Positions 26,192-38,925 of a stretch of DNA of 64,000 nucleotides are shown here, one piece after another. Made by a program: the position numbers and the translations under genes. The DNA comes from Macrostomum lignano (taxonomy: Eukaryota): the NCBI GenBank assembly GCA_002269645.1, contig NIVC01002371.1, forward strand, positions 1 to 64,000. Reading direction: 5' to 3'. Below the pieces are notes generated by a model. It ran no database searches. It had not been told where the DNA came from and worked only from the letters and a program-made list of their open reading frames with translations. Each line of letters begins with the position of its first letter. The stretch's first letter is position 1.

Positions 26192-26249
26192 TAAATGGCA
26201 GGAGTAACTATAACTGTCTTATTAAGTCTAAATGCCTCATCAGCTACTT
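26192..26249 (+). pseudogene. Decayed short 28S rRNA fragment around the R2/I-PpoI target site
   Basis: TAAATGGCAGGAGTAACTATAACTGTCTTA-ttaagtct-AAATGCCTCATCAGCTA versus recalled conserved 28S TAAACGGCGGGAGTAACTATGACTCTCTTA-aggtagcc-AAATGCCTCGTCATCTA; 41/47 identity outside the central 8 nt. Confidence 0.7.
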
Positions 26250-28899
26250 AGTACTACTACTTGGGTATTTTTTGGGTAGGCATTTTTGCGACTTCCTTGT
26301 TTGGCCGCCAAATCAGTCAGCTGGATTGGCCGACTTAGCCGACTGTTGCGCATGTATGATTGTGATAGTATGGCCTGGACGTTTCAAGTCAATCTGGCAA
26401 CAGACAATCTAATGATAGTTAAAGTGGCGGCAATGGCTAGAGTTCTGGCACTGGAACCCATTTTCTAATGGCTATAGATTCGCAATGGTATTCTAGTAGT
26501 GCAATCTATGGGTAAAATATAATAACTTTTTAATCTAGGTAGTTGACATTGGGATTTTGTTTAAAGGTATAGCTTAAGGAGGGATACTGGGGATATATCC
26601 TTCCCTAGAAAGGAAATTTTTTATTGCCTTTGTATTTTGCTTCTATTGCTAACATTGGAGATAGTTTAAGGTCATCTGTCCTCTTCTGACATGAAATCTG
26701 GTAGTGTAGGACTAAGACTACCATACACCAAGACTACTATACTTGAGGAGCTAGGGTCATTATATTCTCATTTTAATCTAAAATATTTATATTATACAGA
26801 CCTAGTGCAATATTTACTAATTAGTGGAAATATCTGTCACTTAAAGCCAAAGCCAAAAGTAAAAGATAGGTCTATGCCTATCAAAAAACATTCCAAGATT
26901 CAAGGATGGGCACTAGGACTAACAGTCAACACTTAGGCCCTACACTAAGTACTCCAAGCTCCAACTATACTATAGACTCCATGTCTTGGACACTCAAGTC
27001 AAGAAGCGTCGATCGAAACGGGGATTCGTTAAACTCAAGCTAATTTGACCTAGTAGGCTTGTACAACATCAATTAAACTGGCAATTAGGCCTAGCCTAGC
27101 TTTTATTTATTTTTTAGGAAGGCGCTGCAAGAAAACAAAGAAATTTTACGAACTAGCAGCAGAGACAAGTATATTCAGTAATCTTGCTAAATAGTCAAAT
27201 TAATAAGCTAAATGAAACTTATGAACATCTAACGATATATATATATATATTAGTGTAATTATTCAAATTATTAGGACCCGTCCCGTCTAAGCCTGTATTT
27301 CTAAGCCTGTAGTTGCAAAAAAAATTGTGATGTGTCTTAATTAAAAAAAGTTTCGGGAGTTTCGGGGTTTAGGTTTAGTCCCCCTATTATGCCAAACGTA
27401 GTTTTCCTATATAAAACCAAGAAGTAAATAACTGTAGTTTTACTGTATTAGTCAATACTTTAGTTTGTATTTACTGTAGCAATACAGCTGCATTAATGAA
27501 TTTGTTTAAGTTTTCTAATTCAAAATTCCGGCTTTGCTCATTCAACTTAAAATCAAAAGGCAAAATCAATATGCTGATCAGCAAAGGTAAAGTATTGAAT
27601 ATTGTCTCTCTGTGACTTGAATCGACATTTATATGTCGTTGCAACATTGAGTATTGCTCTAATGTATCGCCGTATATTAATAAGTTTATTTTTCCGCCTT
27701 AAATTAAGAGGACTGAGCTGTTCTTACGTGATGTAAAGTTTCTGAACTCATCACCCTTTTCTAAGCACGTGAATCCAATTGATCACATTTGTACATGTAC
27801 ATGTAGATAGAACATAAATGCGTAATCACAGGTATTACGCGTGTAACCAGATGGACCGAATGGCATAGCACGTTCAAAAAATTCACTCATTTCACTCAAG
27901 TGCACATTCACTTACAGCTAGAAAGCTATGCACTTAATTATACACCGATACAGTTTCCTGTCAGATTGCAGGAATTCTAAAGACTGCATTATTGTCAAAG
28001 GCGGAGCTAAAGCCCGCAGTCCGGTAACAGTGTACATGCATGCTAAAAAGTTCTTTACTAATCTGGTACAGTACTGCAGTACACATGCGCACGTGCACAT
28101 GTAATTCAAAATCGTTATTATAATTTTTAACATACTATCGCATGGCTCCAAAATTCGTTTACAGATTCGGCATCTGATTTGCACGTTCGAATCCGGCTAC
28201 CGATCCTGCAGCTGCTCTAAAGTTAAAAAAAATTAAGTGATGATGAAGCCACTTGCTGAATCTAACATCCAATTTTCGATACGATCGGATTTGCAGCTTC
28301 TTAACTCCCTACACATTACATATTTATCATGTACATGTATCTGACTGCTCAAATATCACACGATCATATTACACATGTCATTATAGATATGTGAGAATAT
28401 TACACATGTCATTGTACAGAGCAGTCAAAATTATACAGAACGTCTGCTTAAAATGCTGAAAACACAGTAATTATCCTATATAGTTTAGTGGAAAGCAAAA
28501 CTTGCGTGGGGCAGCCAACGTTTGTAATTAAATTGCTCATATAAATCCTGCAAGTGCATTTTGATCAGTGGACGAATTGACTCACCTTAACGGTATAGCT
28601 GCTACATGTACATTGTACGCGCTTGAAAATTTTCCTTTGGAAGAGGTGTTATGTTGTAATCCGTGCCTTTAATGTTTTTATTTTTTTAGGCATTTTTGTG
28701 AATACATGTAGCTGCATGATTGGAGTCTTTTGACAACATCAAAGATGTGCATATGTAAATGTGGACTACTGACGCACCCACTGTCGGGCAAATGTCGATC
28801 AAAATCACCTGCCTTCGTATTGAATTCTTATTCATGCAGCTGCGATCACAAGGAAGATTTTGTATCTCCTCTGTGTAAGAATTACATCCGCTGCAGCTC

Positions 28900-29200
28900 T
28901 GAGTGCTTGTGCAAATGTTTCTGGCTGTGTTGGGGTGTGATACTGTCACATATTTTCCGCTGAGGATTAGACCACCAACATCCAAGTATCCAGGTCTACT
29001 GTGGACTTCTCCAGTCAGTGTGGTCGATGTGTATGTACATGTACATCATTTATGGTTCGATTTTCCGCTGCATGGTCGGAGCACCAGCACACAACAGCTA
29101 CCTCGTCCAAAACTGGTGTGACGAGAGCGTGGACACTTGGCTGCCAACTTCACCAGACTTAGAGCCGCTGGACTCTTATTTTGCGGGGGAGACAACACCT
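28900..29200 (+). mobile_element. Degenerate Tc1/mariner-superfamily transposase relic
   Basis: GAPAHNSYLVQNWCDESVDTWLPTSPDLEPLD matches the DGAPAH...WPPxSPDLNPLD catalytic region; interrupted by stops, frameshifts and a deletion. Confidence 0.65.
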
Positions 29201-29325
29201 GACTTAATACATGTAGCTCGAATCGTAGTACATGCAATTAATATTATTAATAATAATTGATTACACCTGCTCTAATGAGCAGATGTGCAACCGACAGCTC
29301 AGCCGCACCTATTGCACGGCGCATC

Positions 29326-29541
29326 TGAAGGCTGCGTACCTATAAGGCTGCTCAGTCCATAGACTGGGGGTCCCCACACACACCCTCAATTACCCCAGCT
29401 GCTTGCATCCCGTTTTGCAGCTGGGTGAACTAAAGCAATTTAAGTGTCTTGCTCAAGGACACAAACTGTTCCAGTGGATCAGGAATCCAATCCCTGACCT
29501 TCAAGTTGTGAGTCCTACGATCTCACCACTAGGATACCTCC
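29326..29541 (-). mobile_element. tRNA-derived CORE-type SINE, copy 3
   Basis: The reverse complement aligns with copy 2 over the head, CORE block and 3' part. Confidence 0.82.
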
Positions 29542-30194
29542 TTGCAAACATGCCATCGCTTTAGGTCAAGAATTGATGCTATATATTTGAGGCAGTGGGG
29601 GTCACTTCGGATATTTTAAATGCTTGTTGTAATTGCATGAATTCCCAATTCAAACACAACACGGCCAGCCTGTATTGTACATTTACATGTGCATCTTTCT
29701 AGGCAAGAGCCACCTCATGTCGCCTGACCGGTCTGAAAATTGAGCGACAACATGTTCTGCCGAGGCTGGGGCTCATCGCCACGATGGTGAACGAGGGTTG
29801 CAGCTGTGCCTTCGATAGTAGGGGGCCCTTGGCTCTCTCGTCTGCTTTAAAGACCGGAGAAGCTTCGGTTGAATTAAGTCCAGCCGCCTCTCCAGCGTGC
29901 AGGTCATCAGCGTCCACGCCAAACACGCCGACGCACTTCTTCGTCTGTGCAGCGGGAGCCTGCCTGACTTACCTAAATCAACATGTACCTCTGAGGTTAT
30001 CGTACAGAGCCTATCTGTGTCTGAGACGGATGTTTCAAACAGATCGTACATACTGCCGCTGTCCTAACAGCCACTTGGGTGTCGAGATGCTGCGACATGA
30101 CGGCCGACATCGATCAGCTGCTGAGGAAACCGAAGAAAGTGCGAAGCAGGAATGACAGAGAAACTTTCAATACCGAGATCTAACTGTCTCTTGT

Positions 30195-30480
30195 TGGGCG
30201 CCCCTATCTCTTGGCCACATGGTGCCCCGCCCCTGTCTCATGTTAGGCGCCCCTGTCTCTTGTTAGGCGCCCCTGTCTCATGTTAGGCGCCCCTGTCTCT
30301 GTTTAGGCACCCCTGTCTCTGTTTAGGCACCCCTGTCTCTGTTTAGGCGCCCCTGTCTCTGTTTAGGCACCCGTCGCCCGTCGCTTAGTTGACGCCCCTG
30401 TCTCTTGGTTGGTGCGCCTGTCTCTTGGTTGACGCCCCTGTCTCATGGTGGGCGCCCCTGTCTCATGGTGGGCGCCCCTG
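30195..30480. repeat. About 21 bp minisatellite (ggcgcccctgtctc...)
   Basis: Direct inspection. Confidence 0.88.
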
Positions 30481-30857
30481 TTTTGAAGCTTGAAAGGATT
30501 TGAAAAGACTTACAAGGACAAGGTTTCAAAGCTATGTTTCAAATTCTTAAATTACAAGGTCTCATGCACAATCATCTTCCAGCTTCGGTTAAAAGTACAT
30601 CGCTTCGTAAAGCTCTATCGCTCCTCCGCGCGCCCATAGACAAAAAATCGAGTTCTTTTCAAACAGCTCTGCAAAGTCTGTGGCCAAAGCCGATCCTGTC
30701 CCTGTTCGAGCATCGGTCCGCTGGCTCAAGTAGCGGCAATTTGTTTAGTAATCAACTAAACAAGACCTATTGTCGTATTGACAGAGAATCGCAACATCAA
30801 AAAATTGACTAAGTCAAAGCGCTAAACATAAGCCTCTTCATTGTTTTGAAGACGCCG

Positions 30858-33800
30858 ATGGACAAGCAAATAACCATGCGATTGGTACTAAAGCATCTAT
30901 CGATGCTTTTAATTGCGTTGGCTATTAGCAAGCCAAACGTTGCGGCTGAGGAAACCCTGACTGTGTTCTGGTACACCGACGTCATCGACTTGGTTCCTGG
31001 AAAAAAAGGAGACGCTAGGTTCGACCCAGAGATCGGCCGTTTTACGGTGTCGTCGACAAGGATACGGCCAAAGAGAGGGAGGACGCCATCGATACTATGA
31101 ACAATTTTCGCGCAAATGCTGATCCTCCAGCTGGCGACATGGGATATCTGGTAAGCCTTGCTTTGGGCCCTGGCTGCTCCAAATTCACAACCTGATGATG
31201 CCAGTCCTGTCTGTCTCTTTATCAGTCAGCCACCGATGCTACCCCCACCCCATTCCTGCCCGTCTCTTATCAGTCAGCCACCGATGCCTACCACCACCCC
31301 ATTCCTGCCCGTCTCTTATCAGTCAGCCACCGATGCCTACCCCCACCCCATTCCTGCCCGTCTCTTATCAGTCAGCCACCGATGCCTACCCCCTCCCAAT
31401 TCCTGCCCGTCTCTTATCAGTCAGCCACCGATGCTTACCCCCTCCCCATTCCTGTCTGTCTCTTATCAGTCAGCCACCGATTCTCATTCAGCTCTCTAGA
31501 AAGTGCAATATTTTAGCTTGGTAAAGCTCAATAGGATCTAATAATAGCAGTCGCTTATCGCTATCTACCTCGGCAGACCTGGGACGAAACTGTCGACGCA
31601 CATTGGCAATCGCAGCGCTGCGACTCCTCCTTGCAAACCAGATTGTCAACATTTGTGGCTTCAAAAACAAAGATAACTTATTCGGAGGCCATTTCGATCA
31701 TAGCAAAGGAAGGCAAAGCAGCTTTGGCTGCGGGGAAATGCAAACCCAACGAATTCTATCGGCCGTGCATGTTCTATCGGAACATGATGCAGAACGTTTC
31801 TATGACATTTGCCTGCGCCAGGTCTACTTGCGAAGGTGCCAATAAGCCTTACAGAATTTATTGCGATTTTCGCGGAAAGTAAGAAGCTGGTGCAAATTGT
31901 TTTTTTTAGTTCTAATTTGTTGAATTGTTTCGGTTGTTACAGGGACTGAAGTGTTAGCAAGGTGTCAATACATGTAAGGTGTCAGTAAGCCAAGAGACAG
32001 ACAGGAATGGGGTGGGGTTAGCATCGGTGGCTAAATGATAAGAGGCAGCTAGACAGGAATGGGGTGGGGTTAGCATCGGTGGCTAAATGACAAGAGACAG
32101 ACAGGAATGGGGTGGGGTTAGCATCGGTGGCTAAATGACAAGAGACAGACAGGAATGGGGTGGGGTTAGCATCGGTGGCTAAATGACAAGAGACAGACAG
32201 GAATGGGGTGGGGTTAGCATCGGTGGCTAAATGACAAGAGACAGACAGGAATGGGGTGGGGTTAGCATCGGTGGCTAAATGATAAGAGACAGACAGGAAT
32301 GGGGTGGGGTTAGCATCGGTGGCTAAATGATAAGAGACAGACAGGAATGGGGTGGGGTTAGCATCGGTGGCTAAATGATAAGAGACAGACAGGAATTGGG
32401 TGGGGTTAGCATCGGTGGCTAAATGATAAGAGACAGACAGGAATGGGGTTGGGTTAGCATCGGTGGCTAAATGATAAGAGACAGACAGGAATGGGGTGGG
32501 GTTAGCATCGGTGGCTAAATGATAAGAGACAGACAGAAATGGGGTGGGGTTAGCATCGGTGGCTAAATGATAAGAGACAGACAGGAATGGGGTGGGGTTA
32601 GCATCGGTGGCTAAATGATAAGAGACAGACAGGAATGGGGTTGGGTTAGCATCGGTGGCTAAATGATAAGAGACAGACAGGAATGGGGTGGGGTTAGCAT
32701 CGGTGGGCAGGGCAACTCAGCGGTTACCCTATGTCGGACGAATGCTTTGGGCCAGGATGTTTGGAATAGGCGTCAATAAGGTATCTATTCGGCGTGCACA
32801 ACCTGGCTTCAATAGTTTTGTCACATCCACATTCACAGGGACGACATGATGCCCAAAGTATTTACCGGTATGTTGTACCAAGAGTCCACTCCGTGCCAGC
32901 TGTGCCCTAAAGAGCGCGGTTATTGTTACAAAAAGTTGTGCGTCAGCGGATCTGAGAAGGCCGAAATAATCCGCGATAATCCATCAGCCGTTGTCAGTAA
33001 GTTTTCATAATATCCACTTTTCATTTTTTGTTGTCTACTGCCGCTTAAAAATATAGAACATATTAATTTAACTTTACGTAAATGATTTTTTCTTAAGCTT
33101 GCGACGCTCCGTGCATGAACTGCGGTGAAAGAAAGGATGTGGACAATGTGTGCTCCTGCCACTGCACGAAAGGCTTTACAGGGCTCGATTGCTCAGGTAA
33201 ATTTTTATTTCGATACTGAGATAAACAGGTAGATAATGTAGTAGATAATGAGGTAGACGATAAATTAGATAGTTTGGTAGACAATAAAGGGCGTACATAA
33301 TAGGATAATTAATTGCATAGATAATTCGGTAGATAGTTAGTTATATAATGAGGTAGATGATGGGATAGATAATGGGGTAGACAATGGGGTAGATAATGGG
33401 TAGATAATGGGGTAGATAATGGGTAGATAATGGGTAGATAATGGGGTAGATAATGAGGTAGATAATGGGGTAGATAATGGTTAGATAATGGGGTAGATAA
33501 TGGGTAGATAATGGGTAGATAATGGGGTAGATAATGAGGTAGATAATGGGGTAGATAATGGGTAGATAATGGGGTAGATAATGGGTAGATAATGGGGTAG
33601 ATAATGGGTAGATAATGGGGTAGATAATGAGGTAGATATTGACATAATAGTTGGATAGACGATGGCATAGTTAATAAATAAGATCAGGTGTTCATCAGTT
33701 GTTTGTCTCCCTCAAAATGAAGGAGGCAGCGGCACCGTGTCGCCAACCTGCGGCGCTTGTCGCAGAAAAGGCACACCCTGCCTGAACGGCGGCCGAGACG

Positions 33801-35635
33801 CCGGGCCGCCAACGGAGCCGTGCAAATGCCTGTGCCACACCGGCTTCTTTGGCGAGCGATGTGAAATACCCGAAGTGTTGATTAGCGGCGGCCTTAAGGT
33901 GCCAGTCGCCCCTGAAGGGGACAACGCCATCCCTGGCAGCGATGTAAGCAGCCTGCCCGACTGCATACTGCCGATTATGTACCCCGAGTATCTACCGAAC
34001 TACATGTATCTACCTACTAGCTACCCTACTGTCTACCCTACTATCTACCCTATCACCCACCCTATTATCTACCCTACCGTCTACCCTACTATCTACCCTA
34101 TTATCTACCCTACTATCTACCCTATTATCTACCCTACTATCTACCTTGTTGCTCACCATATTATCTACCCTATTATCTACCAAGCTATCTACCCTATTAT
34201 CTACCCTTAATATTTTCCCTTTTAGCCACCTTACTATTATCTACCGAACTATCTACCCTATTATCTACTCAACTATTTATCATATCATCGACCCTATTAT
34301 AAATCTTACTTACTATCTACTAAACCATCTAACCTACTATACGCATCCTACTCTCTACCATATTATCTACCCGACTATCTACTCTAATATCTGCAGTTGG
34401 TATATTTAACCCACAAACCCACAACCTACAATCGAACAAATCTTAATACCCAATTTTATAGTCTAATTTTTAGCAACATCTGCCCTCTCTCCAGCTCCCC
34501 AAGATAACTAATGAACTTAAAAACAAAGTCGCCGACGACGTAAACAAATTTTGCAAGAGGAACCAAGAAAATTACATCAAATGCTGCGGCTCCGGTACGC
34601 TGCCAACCTCCGGCCCGATGGACTTCCTAGATTCTTCTAAAGTGCACGTGCTGAAGCCAGTCAAGAGAGACAGCGGCGGCAAAATTATCACCACAGTGTA
34701 CACAGCTGTGCCAGGCAACAATGGGCTGTGCAGGAAAAACAGTAAGTGCTTAAAGTGCATTTCTAATGTACATAGTTGCGTTTTCTTCTTGAGACAGACA
34801 GGGAGAGACAAACAGGGAGAGACAGACAGGGAGAGACAGACAGGGAGAGACAGACAGGAAGAGACAGACAGGGAGATGCAGACAGGGAGATGCAGACAGG
34901 GAGAGAGAGACAGGGAGAGAGAGACAGGGAGAGACAGACAGGGAGAGACAAACAGGGAGATGCAGACAGGAAGAGACAGACAGGGAGATGCAGACAGGGA
35001 GATGCAGACAGGGAGAGAGAGACAGGGAGAGAGAGACAGGGAGAGACAGACAGGGAGAGACAAACAGGGAGATGCAGACAGGGAGATGCAGACAGGGAGA
35101 GACAGACAGGGAGAGACAGACAGGGAGAGACAGACAGGGAGAGACAGACAGGGAGAGACAGACAGGGAGAAACAGACAGGGAGATGCAGACAGTGAGATG
35201 CAGACAAGGAGAGACAGACAGGGAGAGACAGACAGGGAGAGACAGACAGAGAGATGCAGACAGGGAGATGCAGACGAGGAGATGCAGACAGGGAGATGCA
35301 GACAGGGAGAGACAGACAGGGAGAGACAGACAGGGAGAGACAGACAGGGAGAGACACAAGTTAATGAAGATCTTGCCTGAAACTGACGCATCGCGAATCG
35401 CCACCCTGTTACCATGGCAGCGGCCAAGCCCACCCCAATCGTACCTGTGCCGCCCGAGGTAGTGAAGACCGCCATAACAGACAATCTGGCCAACAAGAAG
35501 CTGGACTGCTGCGAAGCCAAAGTGGATGAGCCGATAACGAATGCCAGGGACAGTGACTTGGAGAGCTATGCCAAAGCAAAGGTGAACTGCATCAAGGTGA
35601 AGACGGGCCTAACTGCGACCATCCACAAAGTCTGA
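30858..35635 (+). CDS. Secreted CAP (SCP/TAPS, venom-allergen-like) protein with hinge, two EGF-like domains and an unrecognised Cys-containing C-terminal region; 7 exons, about 510 aa; one frame discontinuity in exon 1
   Basis: Exons: 30858-31150, 31577-31878, 32839-32996, 33098-33196, 33723-33943, 34495-34741, 35421-35635. Signal peptide MRLVLKHLSMLLIALAISKPNVAA. CAP motifs MNNFRANADPPAGDMGYLTWDETV and FACARSTC...YCDFRG. Hinge PCQLCP...CYKKLC. EGF CSCHCTKGFTGLDC and CKCLCHTGFFGERC. Confidence 0.8.
31205..31480 (+). repeat. 49 bp minisatellite in CAP intron 1 (inverted partner of 31995-32706)
   Basis: Unit ttatcagtcagccaccgatgcctaccaccaccccattcctgcccgtctc, about 5.5 copies. Confidence 0.95.
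31995..32706 (-). repeat. 48 bp minisatellite in CAP intron 2 (inverted partner of 31205-31480)
   Basis: Unit gagacagacaggaatggggtggggttagcatcggtggctaaatgataa, about 14-15 copies. Confidence 0.96.
33220..33660 (+). repeat. 11-12 bp minisatellite (gtagataatggg) in CAP intron 4
   Basis: Direct inspection. Confidence 0.93.
33990..34390 (-). repeat. 12 bp minisatellite (ctaccctattat) in CAP intron 5; reverse complement of the intron-4 array
   Basis: Direct inspection. Confidence 0.92.
34790..35357. repeat. 14 bp (gacagggagagaca / gagatgca) array in CAP intron 6
   Basis: Direct inspection. Confidence 0.94.
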
Positions 35636-36939
35636 GATCGAGTTGATTCGGCGGCTGACATTGACATGAACATTATTAATTTTTCCTAATAACAGCTAAA
35701 CCTATTTGTACTCAGATGCGGCTAATATTATACCCGTATAATCCAATTGAATCATAATTCATAAAATTGCGTAACTGCACACCTGCCCACTATATTGTAA
35801 TGTGATGCATGCCCAACTCTTTCTCTAGAAATTTACGCACAAGCACACTTAGGGACTTTGAATTTGCAGATGAACGAAATTTCGAATTGGCGCTGATCTT
35901 CAATTTGCTTTTGTTCAAATGCACCCGCAGGCCCTGCCCAAACCCAGATAAACGAAACCATTTATTTTAAATCTCTAATACTTGAATACAATAGTTCAAG
36001 AGAATATAATAATAGAATTTGCTATTATTGACCATAGGTGCATTTTCAGTGGACCCAATTCTCTACTTAGCTAATATTAACAATATACCGCAAATTAATT
36101 AATTAATTAATGCAAAAGCGTCGTCAAAATACACGCAATGGTGTTGACTTGCATAGTTATTTGTCTAGTTACTGTTAATATTTTAAAGTTATAATTATAA
36201 CAACACTCGATGACAAAATATTTTTCATTAATCTCCTTTTCTTTATACATTTACGGAAAAAAGCAAAAAGTACTATAAAAATAATACAAAAATCATAATA
36301 AATTGCGTCCCCGGGTTCGAATCCGCTCCAAGGACGACTTAAGTAGAAGGACGGGAAACCTCGTTTCTTAGAAAGGTTTTGAAGGCACTTTTTCCCGAAA
36401 AAATACACTACGGAGATAGGAAGTTTTCATTTTTTCAGCACAAAAATTATTATTGCGTTTGATAGGAGGCAGATCCAGTGTTCATCTTTTGATATGTTGT
36501 GCCTTTTTTATTGCTCTATCGATATTGATAAAGCTTTTCGTTCAGAAAATCAGGATTCTATGTTAATTTTGGGGTGGGTTGGTTCTATCAAGCCTTCCTT
36601 TCCTAGATTCTGTGGGACAAACCCGCAATAAATGGCAAAGAATTGGTAAAGTGCCCTTCAGCCTACTTAGTTTTTCTTCAGAACAAGAGTAGCTAGTATA
36701 GAATGTGATTCTTGTGCAAGAAATTTTCTCAAAATGCGGGATTTGCCATTCTGTGTATATTCTGTGGTTTACATAAGTCTACTTGATTTCCAACTCTAAC
36801 ATGTCAGTTGGTTATGCAATTTCTAGTGTCAAAATACAGCCTGATCTGCATGAAGAACTGGTCAAGGCCAGGGGCTGGAGTGATACCTGCGGGCAACTGA
36901 AAATAAGCGGAATAGTTAGTCAACAAGACTAAAATAAAA

Positions 36940-38894
36940 AATAGAATAAACTACACTAAAATAAACTTAACTAGACTAAAATAAACTAGCCTAAAACGAA
37001 CTTGTCTAAATCAAACTAAGTTAACTAAACTAAACTAAACTAAACTAAACTAAACTAAACTAAACTAAACTAAACTAAAAAAATTAGTCTAACTCAAACT
37101 AAGTTAACTAAACTAAACTAAACTAAACTAAACTAAACTAAACTAAAAACAAACTAGTCTAAATAAACCAAGTTAACTAAACTACACTAAACTAAACTAA
37201 ACTAAACTAAACTAAACTAAACTAAAAACAAACTAGTCTAAATAAACCAAGTTAACTAAACTACACTAAACTAAACTAAACTAAACTAAACTAAACTAAA
37301 CTAAAAAAATTAGTCTAACTCAAACTAAGTTAACTAAACTAAACTTAACTAAACTAAACTAAACTAAAACAAAATAGCCTAAATCAAAATAAGTTAACTA
37401 AACTAACTAAACTAAACTAAACTAAACTAAACTAAACTAAACTAAACTAAAAAATTAGTCTAACTCAAACTAAGTTAACTAAACTAAACTAAACTAAACT
37501 AAACTAAACTAAACTAAACTAAACTAAAAAAATTAGTCTAACTCAAACTAAGTTAACTAAACTAAACTAAACTAAACTAAACTAAACTAAACTAAAAACA
37601 AACTAGTCTAAATAAACCAAGTTAACTAAACTACACTAAACTAAACTAAACTAAACTAAACTAAACTAAACTAAAAACAAACTAGTCTAAATAAACCAAG
37701 TTAACTAAACTACACTAAACTAAACTAAACTAAACTAAACTAAACTAAACTAAAAAAATTAGTCTAACTCAAACTAAGTTAACTAAACTAAACTTAACTA
37801 AACTAAACTAAACTAAAACAAAATAGCCTAAATCAAAATAAGTTAACTAAACTAACTAAACTAAACTAAACTAAACTAAACTAAACTAAACTAAACTAAA
37901 AAATTAGTCTAACTCAAACTAAGTTAACTAAACTAAACTAAACTAAACTAAACTAAACTAAACTAAACTAAACTAAACTAAACTAAACTAAACTAAACTA
38001 AAAACAAACTAGTCTAAATAAACCAAGTTAACTAAACTACACTAAACTAAACTAAACTAAACTAAACTAAACTAAACTAAAAAAATTAGTCTAACTCAAA
38101 CTAAGTTAACTAAACTAAACTTAACTAAACTAAACTAAACTAAAACAAAATAGCCTAAATCAAAATAAGTTAACTAAACTAACTAAACTAAACTAAACTA
38201 AACTAAACTAAACTAAACTAAACTAAAAAATTAGTCTAACTCAAACTAAGTTAACTAAACTAAACTAAACTAAACTAAACTAAACTAAACTAAACTAAAC
38301 TAAAAAAATTAGTCTAACTCAAACTAAGTTAACTAAACTAAACTAAACTAAACTAAACTAAACTAAACTAAAAACAAACTAGTCTAAATAAACCAAGTTA
38401 ACTAAACTACACTAAACTAAACTAAACTAAACTAAACTAAACTAAACTAAAAAAATTAGTCTAACTCAAACTAAGTTAACTAAACTAAACTTAACTAAAC
38501 TAAACTAAACTAAAACAAAATAGCCTAAATCAAAATAAGTTAACTAAACTAACTAAACTAAACTAAACTAAACTAAACTAAACTAAACTAAACTAAAAAA
38601 TTAGTCTAACTCAAACTAAGTTAACTAAACTAAACTAAACTAAACTAAACTAAACTAAAACAAACTAGCCTAAATCAAAATAAGTTAACTAAACTTAACT
38701 AAACTAAACTAAAATAAACTAGTCTAAATCAAACTTAGGTAACTGAACTAAACTAAACTAAACTAAACTAAACTAAACTAAACTAAAACAAACTAGCCTA
38801 AATCAAACTAAGTTAACTAAACTAAGCTAAACTAAACTAAACTAAAACAAACTAGCCTAAATCAAACTAAGTTAACTAAACTAAACTAAACTAA

Positions 38895-38925
<31 letters not shown>

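Noticed and set aside
28730-28963. Cys-rich 77-aa ORF
   Set aside because: No signal peptide or recognisable cysteine spacing; overlaps the transposase relic.
36305-36330. tRNA gene (GGTTCGAATCC); similar B-box remnants near 18105 and 13850
   Set aside because: Isolated B-box words with no cloverleaf; at most decayed SINE heads.
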